From the NCBI RefSeq assembly GCF_018350175.1, contig NC_058368.1, forward strand, positions 32,924,001 through 32,988,000: DNA of 64,000 nucleotides. The letters are read 5' to 3'. Positions within the stretch are counted from its first letter, which is position 1; every line of letters begins with the position of its first letter. This DNA comes from Felis catus (Eukaryota). The translations under genes were made by a program, and so were the position numbers. Below the pieces are notes generated by a model. The model did no database searches, was not told where the DNA came from, and saw only the letters and a program-made list of their open reading frames with translations. Positions 11,446-23,890 of the stretch are shown piece by piece.

Positions 11446-13763
11446 AGAACTGTGATCTTAATATCTAATACCCATCTAATATCTCAACATTATTCCTCAT
11501 CATCAATAAAGTGGGTTTGTTGTGTTTTTGTGCTACGATCATTTAAATAATATCTGGCTTATTTACCCTTTTTTCACTCCATTTTTATAGGTAATGGAAA
11601 TTCGACATGGATTTCATTAATAGCATACATGTAAGAAATCAAAATTACCAACAGTATTTGTAAAACTGACAGTCCTCTAATACACGGATGGCTACCTAAG
11701 GTAGTCTGAATTTATGGCAATGTACTGTGTCTGTGTTATAGTTGGGCTAACTTATTTACATAGATGTAAAAACTAGTGTTAATTAACATGCCTTGTATTG
11801 CTAGTAAGTGTAAAGTCATAGGATAATAAGGATACAAAGTTAACTTCGGTCTCGGGGCTTTACAAAGCAGAGGTTAATTTTTTCTTTTCTTTTCTTTTTT
11901 TTTTTTTTGCCAGCTGTAAACCTGGGGCATAACAAGTAATAGAGCATGATGGAGAAAATGAAGATATATTTTTAAAAAAATATATAAATACCATCTTATA
12001 AAAAAAAGGGTCTGATTAAAAGCTTTGTATATAATATTGATCACTGTTCTGAGGAATTGGCAGATAAGGCCAGTCAATTAATGCTATATTCTAAAGAGTC
12101 ATTTCTTTAGGTTCCCTAAATGTTTTCTCATTTTACAATCTACATTAAAGTTCCTGCAGACATATTTTATGAATCCTAAGGAATTTGTTAAAACTGGATG
12201 CCATCCAGAGAGGGTTTCATTCCAGTTTTCATAAACATGGTCTGCAAAATGGAAGTGGAAGGTAAAGAAGAAAAATACATTTTTTCTCAAATGCTCATTA
12301 GAAAATAGAGTATTAAAAATGTCTCAGAAAAATATCTCACCTTTTCTTGGATCTTGGCTTCCAAGATGACAAAAAAAGGAAAGAACAGTGATCATGGCAG
12401 AAGGGGTTTCTACCTATCCAAGGAAAGGCCATTAAGAATTTCATTATTTGAAACATAGGAGAGGCCATAGCTTTCAGGGACACTTGAAAATGAGTGTCAT
12501 TGATGCTTCTGTACTTTCCAAGCTGTATATGAAACCACTTGACTTCATGAGTTGTGTTAATCACAGCATGGTCATTGGAACCAATACCCTGATTTAGACC
12601 TTCAGATGTTGCCCCACAACATCTGTTAAACCCCTTGAACGGAGCTGAGTCCTTACAATCTGAAGGAATACTAGTCCCTGGGGGGGCGGTAGGGGGATAA
12701 AAGAAAAATTATATTGTAGAGGAAAAAAAATCACATTTGAAAGTTAAAGATTGCAGAACGTTTTTCTCTAAGTTTCATTCCTGTGATGAATTCAAATCCA
12801 CTGGATATTTGTGTTTGATCCTACTTGCAAAGTCCTCTGTTTTGTAAAAAGAGTTCTGGAGGTCTTGACTCAGTTTCTTCAGTAATATGGTTATTGTTCA
12901 TGGTGGCAATATTAGCTTACACCAGGTTATCTACTCTTTGCAATATTAATAATCAAGGGTAGTTTCTACAGTTGTTTTCTCTGAGAATTTTCTTTTCTTG
13001 ATGTTTTCTCTGCAGAAATGCCAAGAGAGAAGGTAAAGTGACAGAAGGTGAGAGGAGAGCAGAAACTACCTGTTGCAGGAGGTAGAGGGAAGGGGACAAA
13101 CACTAAAAATGGAATGACCTTTTTTTTTTCCGGATCAACCCTTAACATTAGAGAAGAGTAGACTACCATGTCACCATCATCAATAACTATTTTTAACATA
13201 TTCAGTAAATAGATGAACTGAGGCCCTTACCGAATCTCTAGGGCCTATTAGTTTTAAATCTATGAAATATATTTTTATACTTTTTTTTGTAAATTTACTC
13301 ATCTTACAGGATGAGTTTCTCCTTTTCATTGATAAATTTTATCCCAGTTTGGATTAAATAACAGTGTGACTAATTAAGAATTCGGAAATATACCCAAATT
13401 TTTATAATTTTCCTCTTACTTTTGAATGTCAAGCTAGGGTTTACAGGTCAAAGGTTTTGGTCATTTGGGGAAACAAAAATTACTTGGTGTTAACAATACC
13501 TCAGCAGCTTTATTTTTCTGAATGTAGGTTAAGGTAAAAGAAACAAAAGGGTTTAGGTGGAACATAAGTGAATGGTTTGCCTTAGTAACCTCATTAAAAG
13601 TAACATCAGCTTCTGTAGATGTGAGAAATTTCTGTTCATATTTTCAAAAGTAGTTGAAAAGCATGATAAATATCAAGTTAAAGTCAAAACTTTGAAAATA
13701 AAATATCATGAGAAAAGAAACCTCTACTGCCTGGGCAGATTACACAGGAGAGAACTAATAACT

Positions 13764-14410
13764 TTTTAAAAATTGTGATAAATTAACATAACAAAATTTA
13801 CCATCCTGTTTTTAAGTGCGTAGTTGAATAATGTTAAGTGCATTCATGTACTTGTGAAACAGATCTCCAGAACTTCTTTGTCTTGCAAATCTCAAACTCT
13901 TTACCCATTAAATAACAGCTACCCTTTCCTGGCTACCCTAACCCTTGGCAACCACAATTCTACTTTCTGTCCATAGATTTGCCTATTGTAGGTACCTCAT
14001 ATAAGTGGAATCTACAGTATTTGTCTTTTTGTGAACGGCTTATTTCACTTTGCCTAATGTCTGCAAGGTTATCTACATAGTAGTGTATGCCAGTTTCCTT
14101 CCTTTTAAGGCTGAATAATATTCTACTGTATGAATATATACCATTGTGTTTATCCATTCATCTATTGACAAACACTTGGGTTGCTTTGAACTTTGGCTGT
14201 TGTGAATAAGGCAGCTATGATCATGAGCACGCAAAAGTTTATTCAAGTCCTTCCAATTCTTTTTGTTATATACCAGCAGTGAAATTGCTGGCTTGTATGG
14301 TAATCTTATTTTTAAATTTTTGAGGAACTACTATGCTGTTTTCCATGACATCTAACCCATTTTCCTTCGCAACAGGGCATAGCTATCCTAACGTGTGTGA
14401 GGTAGTATTT
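13764..14410 (-). mobile_element. L1MA/L1MB-like 3' end
   Basis: aaaatttaccatc...atctccagaactt...ggtacctcatataagtggaat...tttttgaggaact. The ORF at 13960-14157 is a decayed ORF2 C-terminus. Confidence 0.85.
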
Positions 14411-14489
14411 CAATGAGGTAAAAACTTTCACTACCAGTGATTAACAACAGATTAAATATTCTACAGCCAAGTTTCAACTACCCATCATT

Positions 14490-14670
14490 GGGGTACCTGG
14501 AACGCTCAGCCAGTTAAGCATCTGAATTTGGCTCTGGTCATGATCTCATAGTTTGTGAGTTCAAGCCCCACATTGGGCTCTCTGCTGTCAATATGGAGCC
14601 TGCTTCAGATCCTCTGTCATCCTCTCTCTCTGCCCCTCCTCCCTCCCCCAAATAAAAAAATAATAATAAT
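14490..14670 (+). mobile_element. Can-SINE
   Basis: ggggtacctgg...ggtcatgatctc...gagcctgcttcagat...ctctgcccctcc followed by an A tail. Confidence 0.92.
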
Positions 14671-14676
14671 CCTTTA

Positions 14677-14825
14677 GGATGGCCTGGGTTGCTATGTCAG
14701 TTGAGCGTCTGAATTCGGCTCAGGTCGTGATCTCGTGGTTCATGAAATGGAGTGCTGTGTTGGGATCTGTACTGCAGGTAGGAGCCTGTTTAGCTCTCTC
14801 TCTCAAAATAAATGGGCATTAAAAA
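14677..14825 (+). mobile_element. Can-SINE (diverged, tandem to the previous one)
   Basis: gcctgggttgct...ggctcaggtcgtgatctcgtggttc...ctctctctcaaaataaat. Confidence 0.88.
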
Positions 14826-15381
14826 CGGACTTAAAATACTTTACAGACATTTTCATAACTATATTTTATTATTTCTAGTTGCTAAATTAATATCAACTTG
14901 TATATTTTCTTATCCATGATGAAGGATCCATTTAAAATAATTTCTTCTGTAGATTTAGTAATGACAGATTTGGATGATTAAGCAATTTCTAAGAGTGTCC
15001 CCCAAATCTCTGCACAATTAAATATAGTTTCCATTATAAATACACAATTTATACCCTAGGCTAATTACCCTGCTTCTGTGAGAAAGGGGTGCATGCTTTT
15101 CTTTACAGGCAGAACTGGTAGGAACTTCAACCCACATAAAAATAAGTATGTGCACAATACCTGTAAGAAAAAAAATAAACACTTATGTACAGAAATAATG
15201 GGTAGTTGCTCTGTTTTTGTATGAATTTTCTTCACTGTTCACATTTGTCAGAAATAGGTTGTAGATTCCTTGGAATTTGTCCCTCATTCCTTCTGGGATT
15301 TTGCAATGCTTTAAGCCAGGAAATCTTGAAACAAGCCAACAGCAAACACAGTGATAAAAGTACAAGCCTATTAATCTATCT

Positions 15382-15620
15382 CAGTGTTTCTCAACTGTGA
15401 GTTGTTTGGCCCAGAATCCTCCTCCCAGGGATATTTGGCAGGGTCTGAAGTTGTAGTAGGTTGCCATACCCAGCATACCAGAGAAAGGCAGAGGAGGGTT
15501 ACTACTGGCATCTGGTGGGTAGGGACCAGGGATTTTGCGACATCTCATAAATTGCACAAGGCTGCCCCAACCAAGTTATCCAGCCCAATATATCAATAAT
15601 GCTGAGATTACAAAATCCTG
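15382..15620 (+). mobile_element. MER20 non-autonomous hAT-Charlie DNA transposon
   Basis: Termini cagtgtttctcaac ... gctgagattacaaaatcctg, internal tactggcatctggtgggtagggaccagggat, and TCTA-containing flanks. Confidence 0.88.
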
Positions 15621-15737
15621 TTCTACTTTGTTTGCAAACTCTCAGATAGGCAAGGTGTTTTTCACATCCAAGTACCTCCTACCAGATATCTGGTAACTAA
15701 TTGAAAGACTGATGTCAGTGCTAAGATTCTCACTCTT

Positions 15738-15878
15738 TTTTTTTTTAATAAATGAAATTTATTGTCAAATTGGTTTCCATACAACACCCAGTGCTCATCC
15801 AAAAAGGTGCCCTCCTCAATACCCATCATCCACCCTCCCCTCCCTCTCACCCCCCATCAACCATCAGTTTGTTCTCAG
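15738..15878 (-). mobile_element. Young 5'-truncated felid L1 3' end
   Basis: Poly(T) followed by tttattgtcaaattggtttccatacaacacccagtgctcatc. Perfect 14-bp TSD agattctcactctt at 15724-15737 and 15879-15892. Confidence 0.95.
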
Positions 15879-16150
15879 AGATTCTCACTCTTGAAGATGG
15901 TACCCAGATTTGATCAGTTCCCAACTGGAATGTATGTAAGGAACATACATTTTTGAAAGAGACAGAGAATTTTTGAAAGAGAAAGAGGCCTTCACCAGAT
16001 CAGATAGACAGAAGAATGGTCTTGTGAGTTGTAACAGGAGGTTCTGAAAATGAACCCATATCTCTGTGTCTTGACAAATTTTTTTAGTTGGTTGTAACAG
16101 TTCTGGGACAGGAAGGTCAAGGTAAGCCAAAGGACCACAAAGTTGTACTG

Positions 16151-16607
16151 TGTTACAATGGGTCTCATTTGGACAAGCCCTGATGAGAACAAAGACAAGA
16201 GAAATATAGTAAAAATTAAGTCTCCTTACAGCTTACAGCCCACAGATAAAGATCTAAGACATGCAGAGCATGACCTTCCTCAAGGAACTCATGGCTGCCT
16301 TCATGCCAATGTTTGATTGGAGACTCAAAGCAGCCCTATCTTAACAATAGTAAGACCTCCAAGGTCCTGTACACCCTGTTTGCAGCATATAGAAATTCCT
16401 TAGAAACTTAAGTTATCTCTATGCCACTCCCCACCTCTTCAGCCTCCCCCATCCCAACTTAAAAATAGAATCAGGCACTCCTCACCATACAAGTGTGGCT
16501 CTTTGTGTGCAGGAGTCCTGTCCCGATGCTAAAACAAAAGCCCCTTTTGCACCACAAAACGTTTCAAGAATTCTTTCTGAACTTTTGCCTGTAGCAACCC
16601 TGTATCA
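16151..16607 (+). mobile_element. Carnivore ERV1-like solo LTR (diverged)
   Basis: TG...CA ends. The 3' part (cctgtcccgatgct...ttttgcacca...aagaattctttct) mirrors the LTR at 23991-24701. No clean TSD seen. Confidence 0.65.
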
Positions 16608-19194
16608 CACACAGCAAGCACATTACTGTTTATAATCAAATTAGCCAGCTAAGGACTATACTGCCTTTGGGCTTCTACAAAACATAGAACACATAAGGAT
16701 CCCAGAAGTTGAGATCTTTATACTAACTCATAAGGTTTAACCACGTTCATTACATATGCGGTAATAATGTAGCAAAATAAAGGGCATGGAAAGAAGTCTT
16801 AAAATATAAAGATAAGGAAACCGTGGGAAATATTCAAGGACCAAAAAACAAACAAACAAAAAGTAACTATAGTGTTGCAGGAGCATAGTTTCAATTTGCA
16901 GGTTTAATGGAAGACAATAATCATAAGTTCAGAAATTCTGGAAATTAGTGGGGATGGCAAGAAATTAGCATTCCTTTATGAATTTTTCTCCTGAAAAATT
17001 ATGCTTCTATTTGTTCATCTTGATAAAAGTTATGGGCTACACAGAGGCCATTTAATTATACCATCTATATAATTGTTAGACCAAATTTATAATTGTATAT
17101 GATTGGTCCTTCTGACTTTTAGCATTATTTCCCCTTAATTATAATACAAATGGCCCATGAGTATAAAACATTAATATTTGTAATATGTTAAAATATTTTG
17201 TTATGTTTCCTGTGTTGAAAAAGCTAAAGTGTTAATGTGTTCCTGTCTTGATTTAAGAATAGGAAAATAGATAGTATGCTAACTATACAGTGAATTTAGG
17301 GATCCAGAAATAAACTCATGCCAGAAATACTGATTTGTGAATTCGTTTGGTAAATATTTACAACTTATAATGAAACATCTCTTGGTCTCTTATGCTAAAG
17401 AGATATGAGCAAGATGAACTAGAATGTTTTGCTGTGATCTGCATGGATTTCCTCACAATTATATAAAATAAAGTTTGAAAAATGCATTTTTCATAATAGA
17501 AGATACATATTTTGTTACCGTTACAAAATCTTAAAAGATAAGGTGAACTCCTCGTACCCAGAATAGTAAAATAGCTCATTTTCTATTCAGTTGAGCAGAT
17601 CTTGAATATAGAAATTAAATTTTAAAGTGTGACTAATGCACTAGAGTCCCAATTCTGCCTGTGTCTTAGACACAATTATCACCCTTGAGATTTTTTGTCT
17701 CTATAGCTTTAAATGTGTTACTACTCGCAGAAACATTTATTTTCATTTACTAGAAAATATTTAAAAATAAGAATAATTAATGATCCATTCCTGGTTATTG
17801 CTCTTAGAAATAATTTCCTTGCGGGCACTGTTGCATGGAATTCTTACATGATAAGCAGTTAATAGGACTCTTTAACAGGGTGAAACAGGAACAAATCATT
17901 CTTCGGTTCTTTTTCACATGCCAGAGACAAAGACTCTGGAAATTTGTTGTTATTGTTGTCCCCATGCTTTTCCGCCTTCTGAAAAATGTCCCTTAACTTA
18001 GTGTTCTGTGTCACACCTTCTCTGGAACTTGCTAAGCCTCTGCAGCCTTGGCAGGAATCCTTGACAGCTTGTCAAGCCCAAGGCAAATTCATGTAATCTT
18101 TCCTCCCAGTAATTAATAATTAATTATTGCTCATTAATCTTTAATGAATGGTAGTTGGGAATAATCTAGTCTTTAAAACAAGAGAAAAAAAACACAAAGA
18201 TAGTGTTATTTCAAAAGGAACTTTTTTAGTTCAGGACTTTTACAAGTCAAACTAATCCTGAGGCTAATTGTGAAAATGAGTGAGATAAAAAGCATACAAG
18301 CGTGCACGAGACCAGTCACACATGGTCCTGGCATCTCCCAATTCTTTCTCTTGAGATAAACTCCAAACTGCTCCTGAGGTCCAAATCACATGGCACAGTC
18401 TTCCAACGAACAAAAACAACACACACCACAACAGCAGTTTTCTCTCCTAGAATGGCAGGTTTTCTCTTAAGCGTTCTGAAAGAAGCGGCTTTCTAGAACA
18501 CTGACATGTGATTGCTATTATCTACCTTGTCAGAGATAAGTTGTTTTTTTTTTATTTTTTTTTTCTGAACAGTAGAAAGAGTTTTCTGGTAAAATAAAAG
18601 AAAAGGCTGATGGAATCATTTTAATAAATGTGAATCATTAGGTGTTACTCGTATTCAGCTTTGTTCTTCAGGTAGTCAGTGTCACCAGTTGTAATGACAA
18701 TGTGTTGAGTACTTACTTGATGGGTAAAAGCTGAAACACCTTTCTCTTGACATTTGTTGAAATGGTGGAAAAAGAAAAAGTCCTTTAAAACTATTGAAAC
18801 TAATGATAGTCCCCAGTGCTGGGGGAGATAATACTCCTTCTGCTCATATACAAATCATTTCAGAATTTCTCAGTGCAGGAGGAAAAAATAATCCCTTTAC
18901 AATTCCTCTGTGAAAATAACAGAAAAGGAAAGTAAGCCTATCATACATATATGAATAGGGGTCAAGGCCTGCAAATACAAATATACATACTTGTCTTTTC
19001 TGGCTAACATATACAATAGTATATTGCAAGGCATAATTGTGTACAGTAATGTTGCGCTGAATCAAAGGATTAAAATTTTCATGCTTCCCTTCATCTGTCC
19101 CTGTTTTGCCTACTTCTCAAATCTTAGCCCATTACGTTTTGCATTGTGCTGTTGATTCATCCAGCTCTGACCAACTTCTGCCCCCAACCCCTCA

Positions 19195-19590
19195 GTGTAC
19201 CTTTTATTCCCGTGATTTACTCTTTTCCATAACTGGAAGCCTATATCTCCCTCTCCCCTTTACTCAGTTTGTCAATCCCCTTCCCCTCTGGCAACTATAG
19301 TTACTCTCTGTGTTTATAGATATAATTCTGCTTTTTGTTTGTTTTGTTTTTTAAATTCCACATATAAATGAAATAATGTATTTGTCTTTCTGTCTGACTT
19401 TTTCACTTAACGTGGTAATTTCTAGGTCCAATCATGCTGTCACAAATGGCAAGATCTCATCCTTTTTGAGTCTGAGAAATACTCCATAGTGTTTGTCCAT
19501 TCATCTATAAGTGGATGCTTTAGGCTACTTCCATGTCTTGGCTATTATAAATAATGCTGCAATGAACGTAGAGGTACAGATATCTTTTTA
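19195..19590 (-). mobile_element. L1 3' end (L1_Carn/L1MA9-like)
   Basis: ataactggaagcct...cccctctggcaac...attccacatataaatgaaat...acaaatggcaagatctcatcc. Confidence 0.85.
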
Positions 19591-21179
19591 ACTAGTCCAA
19601 ACTTATTTTTTTAATCCCGTCTTCATAACCCCCTCTCCCTGTGATTCTTTCCAAATTCTTCTAAGTGTTTAAAATCTGTATTTTGTTTGTTTGATTCTGC
19701 TCAGGTGATAGTATACATGGAAACTTCTTTTTATGGTTTTAATACATAATACATTTAAGAGAAATATAAAGATGTTACTCTACCCTATATTACACATTGC
19801 CTTTATCTTTCCTTAATAAGGTCCTTTTATTTAATGGGTATATTTGTCTTCCTCTTGGGGCAAATCCTGTGTTACTATAGAGGTAAGTAATAGATTTTCG
19901 AGGCCAGAGGACAGTAGGTGGTTGTTGGTGGCTTTTATACTGTCATCTCAGAACACCCTGTATTACTGAATGAAAACCATATAATCTGGCTACACATCAT
20001 ATCAATTTGTAGGATAACAATAACTATTAGCAAGACAAGAGTGATAAAATAGCATAGTGTGTATTAAAACGTTTTGGAGACTGAGAAGCACAACAGATCA
20101 TTGTCATTGCATACTTGATCACATATTACTACTACATGGTTTTGAGACTGATCTTCTAAATTTCCAGGAAGTTAGATAAATCAAATTAAACATTCAGCAT
20201 CTATAAAGTTGAACCAAAAAAATAAAGGGCATAAATAAAGGAGACACTCAACTCACTTAAAATTTAAAAATTGCTTATTATTATCAAAGGTAGCAGAAGT
20301 GTATTAGCAGAATTTTAAATCCTAAATTTTGCAAATGTTTATTAACTGTAAGTATTTTACTTGGTTAATTTGGTGTTGGTTAGATTAAACATGGTACATT
20401 TATACTACAGACTAGTATGTGATTATTCTGATCTTTTTGGAAGATTGCATAAATTGCTTGAGAAAGATAATAAATAATGTTATGATTAAAAGTAGGTGAG
20501 AAAAAAATACTTCTAATATAATCTATGGTGTTATAAATTTTATCTATATATTCAAACATTAAAAATTAAACCAGGATGGTAAGAAGAGTAATTTTATGTC
20601 TTCATTTTGCATCTGTGCTTGTTTGCACAATGCATACTTAGAGTCACAAAAAAAGTTAGAAATAAGATTTTGATTTATGTAAAAATTCTCAATAGGCACA
20701 CATATATAAAAGTGCATGGAAGCGTTTAGAGGAAACTGTCAATGGAAATTATCCCTGTTGGCAGTTCTGATGATCTAATATAATTATTGACCAGTTGGTA
20801 CCTGTTTTTATTTTTTAATTAAGACTATTTTTTGCAGCAGTTTTAGGTTCAATGTCTGATATTTTAAAATTAGAAAAAATTAAGTGTATTTCAAATAGTT
20901 TGAGTTTGGAGGTGTAAATAACTATAAGGTGTAAATATAAGTTCACTTGTTAAAAACTGAAAGCTTTAGAATTAAGCTAAGAGTTAGGTTAGAATTTTGC
21001 TTCTATTTCCATCTATATTTGAATGTGTAATTAACATAAAAATATGCATTTATCAATAAGCCATGTAAATAGCAACCAAATCACTGGAGAAAGAATGAAA
21101 GAGACCTTTATAAATGAAGTCAATTAAGGTAACAGTTCTAATTATATTGTATATTTTTACATGTGTATTACTGATTTTT

Positions 21180-21406
21180 TTTATTTAATTTTTATTTAAA
21201 AAAAATTTTTAATGCTTATTTATTTTTGAGAGAGACAAAACGTGAGAATGGGAGGGGCAGAGAGAGAGAGGAGACACAGAATCTGAAGCAGGCTCCAGGC
21301 TCTGAGCCATCAGCAGAACCCGACGTGGGGCTTGAACCCACAGGCTGTGAGATCATGACCTAAGCCTAAGTCAGATGCTCAGCTGACTGAGCCACCCAGG
21401 CGCCCT
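21180..21406 (-). mobile_element. Can-SINE
   Basis: Antisense SINE ending gagccacccaggcgccct. Degenerate TSD acatgtg(t/c)atta. Confidence 0.96.
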
Positions 21407-21624
21407 GACATGTGCATTATTCATTTTAAATTGTAGGCTTTTCAGAAACAATTTGGTCTAATATTTGCATCTTCCAGTATGCCTATTCCAATGGTTTGCA
21501 TCAAGAAGATGCTCAGTTACACAGTAATTGGTTGCCTTTTTAGATTTGCTTTTTCTTAATTCTCACCTCCTCTACCAGACTGTCACGTGAATAAAATTAA
21601 AATAAAAGGTTTTCCAAATTTCTG

Positions 21625-21790
21625 AGGTCATCATATTTGATCCTTACAAAATCTTTGTGAGCTAGATGGGACAAGTGCTACTAGCCCTGCTTTTTAAAAA
21701 AAAAGAAAATAGGTTATGTGATTGAAGTATAAATGCTGAACTCATATTACTCATAAGAAATTAGAAGTTATTACAAGTTTACACTTTTTC
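21625..21790 (-). mobile_element. MIR fragment
   Basis: tcatatttgatccttacaaaatctttgtgagctag, resembling the antisense MIR core. Confidence 0.5.
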
Positions 21791-21973
21791 CCATCAACAT
21801 GCAGTGGCTTACGTATATTGTGCAGAGATTTACATTACATTATTATATTAAAAATCAGATTTGTATGGCATTATTCACTCAATATTTGAAGCATAGGGAT
21901 AATATTATAAGATAAAGTGACTTACTATGTAACATTGAATCTTATATGACTATTTGAATTGAAAGCTTAATGA

Positions 21974-22172
21974 GTGTTTATTTTGAGAGAGAGAGAAAGC
22001 TTGTGTGCAAACAGAGGAGGGGCAGAGAGAGAGGGAGAGAGAATCCCAAGTAGGCTCTGCACTGTCAGCACAGAGCCCCCTACTGGACATTCCATCCCAC
22101 TAATGGTGAGTTCATGACCTGAGCCAATATCAAGAGTCTGCTGCTCAATCGATAGAGCCTCTTCACACCACA
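21974..22172 (-). mobile_element. Can-SINE (older)
   Basis: gagaatcccaagtaggctctgcactgtcagcacagagccc. TSD tgaaa(g/t)cttaatga at 21960 and 22173. Confidence 0.92.
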
Positions 22173-22622
22173 TGAAATCTTAATGAAAATTGAACTGAGG
22201 GATTGAAATGGATGTTGCAAATGATAAAATAAAAATATTTCACTTTTTTACTCCTGTTCCTATACACATCTTATAAATGATAACTACAAATCTACTTCTC
22301 TAGGTTTGAAAGAGTTCCTGTATCATACTGCTACTCGGAGAATCAAAAACAATTACATCATCAGAGATTAGAAAATATTAGAAGATTGATTGTTCTCTCA
22401 ACAGATCAATCACTCCTTAGAAGATGAATATGTTGAAGCACAAAGAAAATAAAAATATAAAATTTTTCTGTTTTCTATCTTTACAAGTTTGTTAAATAAG
22501 GTGTTTTTCTCAAATTGAAGATAAAATCAAAGGTAGAAGGCTTTAAAACAAATGGCAAAATAGGACAGAAAAGTTAAATGAAAATATTTAAAATTTCCCA
22601 ATGCATTAAGAATTCAATTACT

Positions 22623-22841
22623 GGGGTGCCTGGGTGGCTCAGTCGGTTAAGCGGCCGACTTCGGCTCAGGTCATGATTTCGCGGTCCGTGAGTTCAAGCC
22701 CCGTGTCGGGCTCTGTGCTGACAGCTCAGAGCCTGGATCCTGTTTCAGATTCTGTGTCTCCCTCTCTCTGACACTCCCCCGTTCATGCTTTGTCTCTCTC
22801 TCTGTCTCAAAAATAAATAAACGTTAAAAAAATTAAAAAAA
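22623..22841 (+). mobile_element. Young Can-SINE
   Basis: CpG-rich head ggggtgcctgggtggctcagtcggttaagcggccgacttcgg. Perfect 15-bp TSD aagaattcaattact at 22608-22622 and 22842-22856. Confidence 0.98.
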
Positions 22842-23240
22842 AAGAATTCAATTACTTAACTCATTTTATTATATACGTTATAAATTGTTCTCAAATTTAG
22901 ATAAGCAAACAAAACTGTCTTAAGGAATTGTGTTGGACAGAGCACTCATAAAATTGTGTTAAAATTTCAGTTTTTTAGGATATTGTTTTGTGTGCAATTA
23001 TTAAAATATGAGATAAATATTTCCACTGGAGAAGTCTTTAAAAACCTTAGTGAGGGTGGGGAGGCCTGTGCTGCACTGTGTAGCAGCAGACAGGATCTTA
23101 GAAATCCAGGTCTTTCCTATTTGCTCACCAGGCGGGTGTGGGTGGACACCCACTCTAAGGCAGGGCTGGCTAGTGTCCCCCCTCTCCCCACGGCAGCTGC
23201 CGATATTGGAAAAGGGCCCTCTTGCCTTGTATGTAACCAT

Positions 23241-23643
23241 ATGCAAGGCACTGCGCTCACTTCACTGCCTGCCTACCTAACCACCTATGAGAGTGGCAAT
23301 ATCCTGAAAGTGCTCGACCTAAGGAGACTGATGTTTGCCCAGGAAGTTACAGGTACACTGAGCCCATAAGCATTTCCTAAGAGCCTGTAAGGATAGTCAC
23401 TGCACCCAAGAAAGTTTTTTTTTTCTTTTCCCCTTAGACACGAGAAGTGATGATTCAGGTCAAGAAAAACATCTTTCTTCCCATTCCTTGCTACTTAAGA
23501 TTCAGACAGACAAAGTGGGCAAGAAGGCAAGAAGGTTGTGTACTTCTGCACACACCTTGCTCTGCAGGAGACTTGCTTGTAGCTCATGGGGTGGGTCTGC
23601 TGCAAAAAAGCTTCAAACTGCTGGGTTTGCTGGTAAGAAGTAA
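23241..23643 (+). other. Hypothetical two-exon small ORF (105 aa), or exons of an unannotated/non-coding transcript; unvalidated
   Basis: ATG at 23241; donor ACAG|gtacac after 23352; acceptor t10cttttccccttag| before 23438; in-phase stop TAA at 23641-23643; AATAAA at 23662-23667. I recognise no homologue. Confidence 0.22.
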
Positions 23644-23830
23644 GCTCAACCTGGAAAGAGTAATAAATTCAATATGGCTTCTCTTGGATGAAGATACTAG
23701 CCCTGCTCCAAGAGTTGGATTTTTTTTTTAATTGATGGACACAAAGAAATCAGTGAATCAATGTGCCTTTAAAGGGAATGTAGAAATACAAAATTCTGTT
23801 GTAAGTTACAGAGCTATAATAATTACAGTA

Positions 23831-23890
23831 ATTTTACTTTTAAACTTTTTGATTTTACTTTTAAACTTTTTGGTTTTACTTTTTAATTTC
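23831..23890. repeat. 21-bp tandem repeat, about 2.7 copies (attttacttttaaactttttg)
   Basis: Copies at 23831, 23852 and a degenerate one at 23873. Confidence 0.85.

Noticed and set aside
13016..13047. Micro-exon-like signals (ttttctctgcag|...|gtaaag or |gtgaga), and a minus-strand 92-nt exon-like segment at 15069-15160
   Set aside because: Isolated signals with no recognisable peptide or supporting context, as expected by chance in 64 kb.
22956..23369. Unspliced 137-aa ORF as a stand-alone gene
   Set aside because: It starts at a non-ATG codon in the AT-rich flank and has no recognisable homology. Only its 3' part is kept, in the spliced hypothesis.
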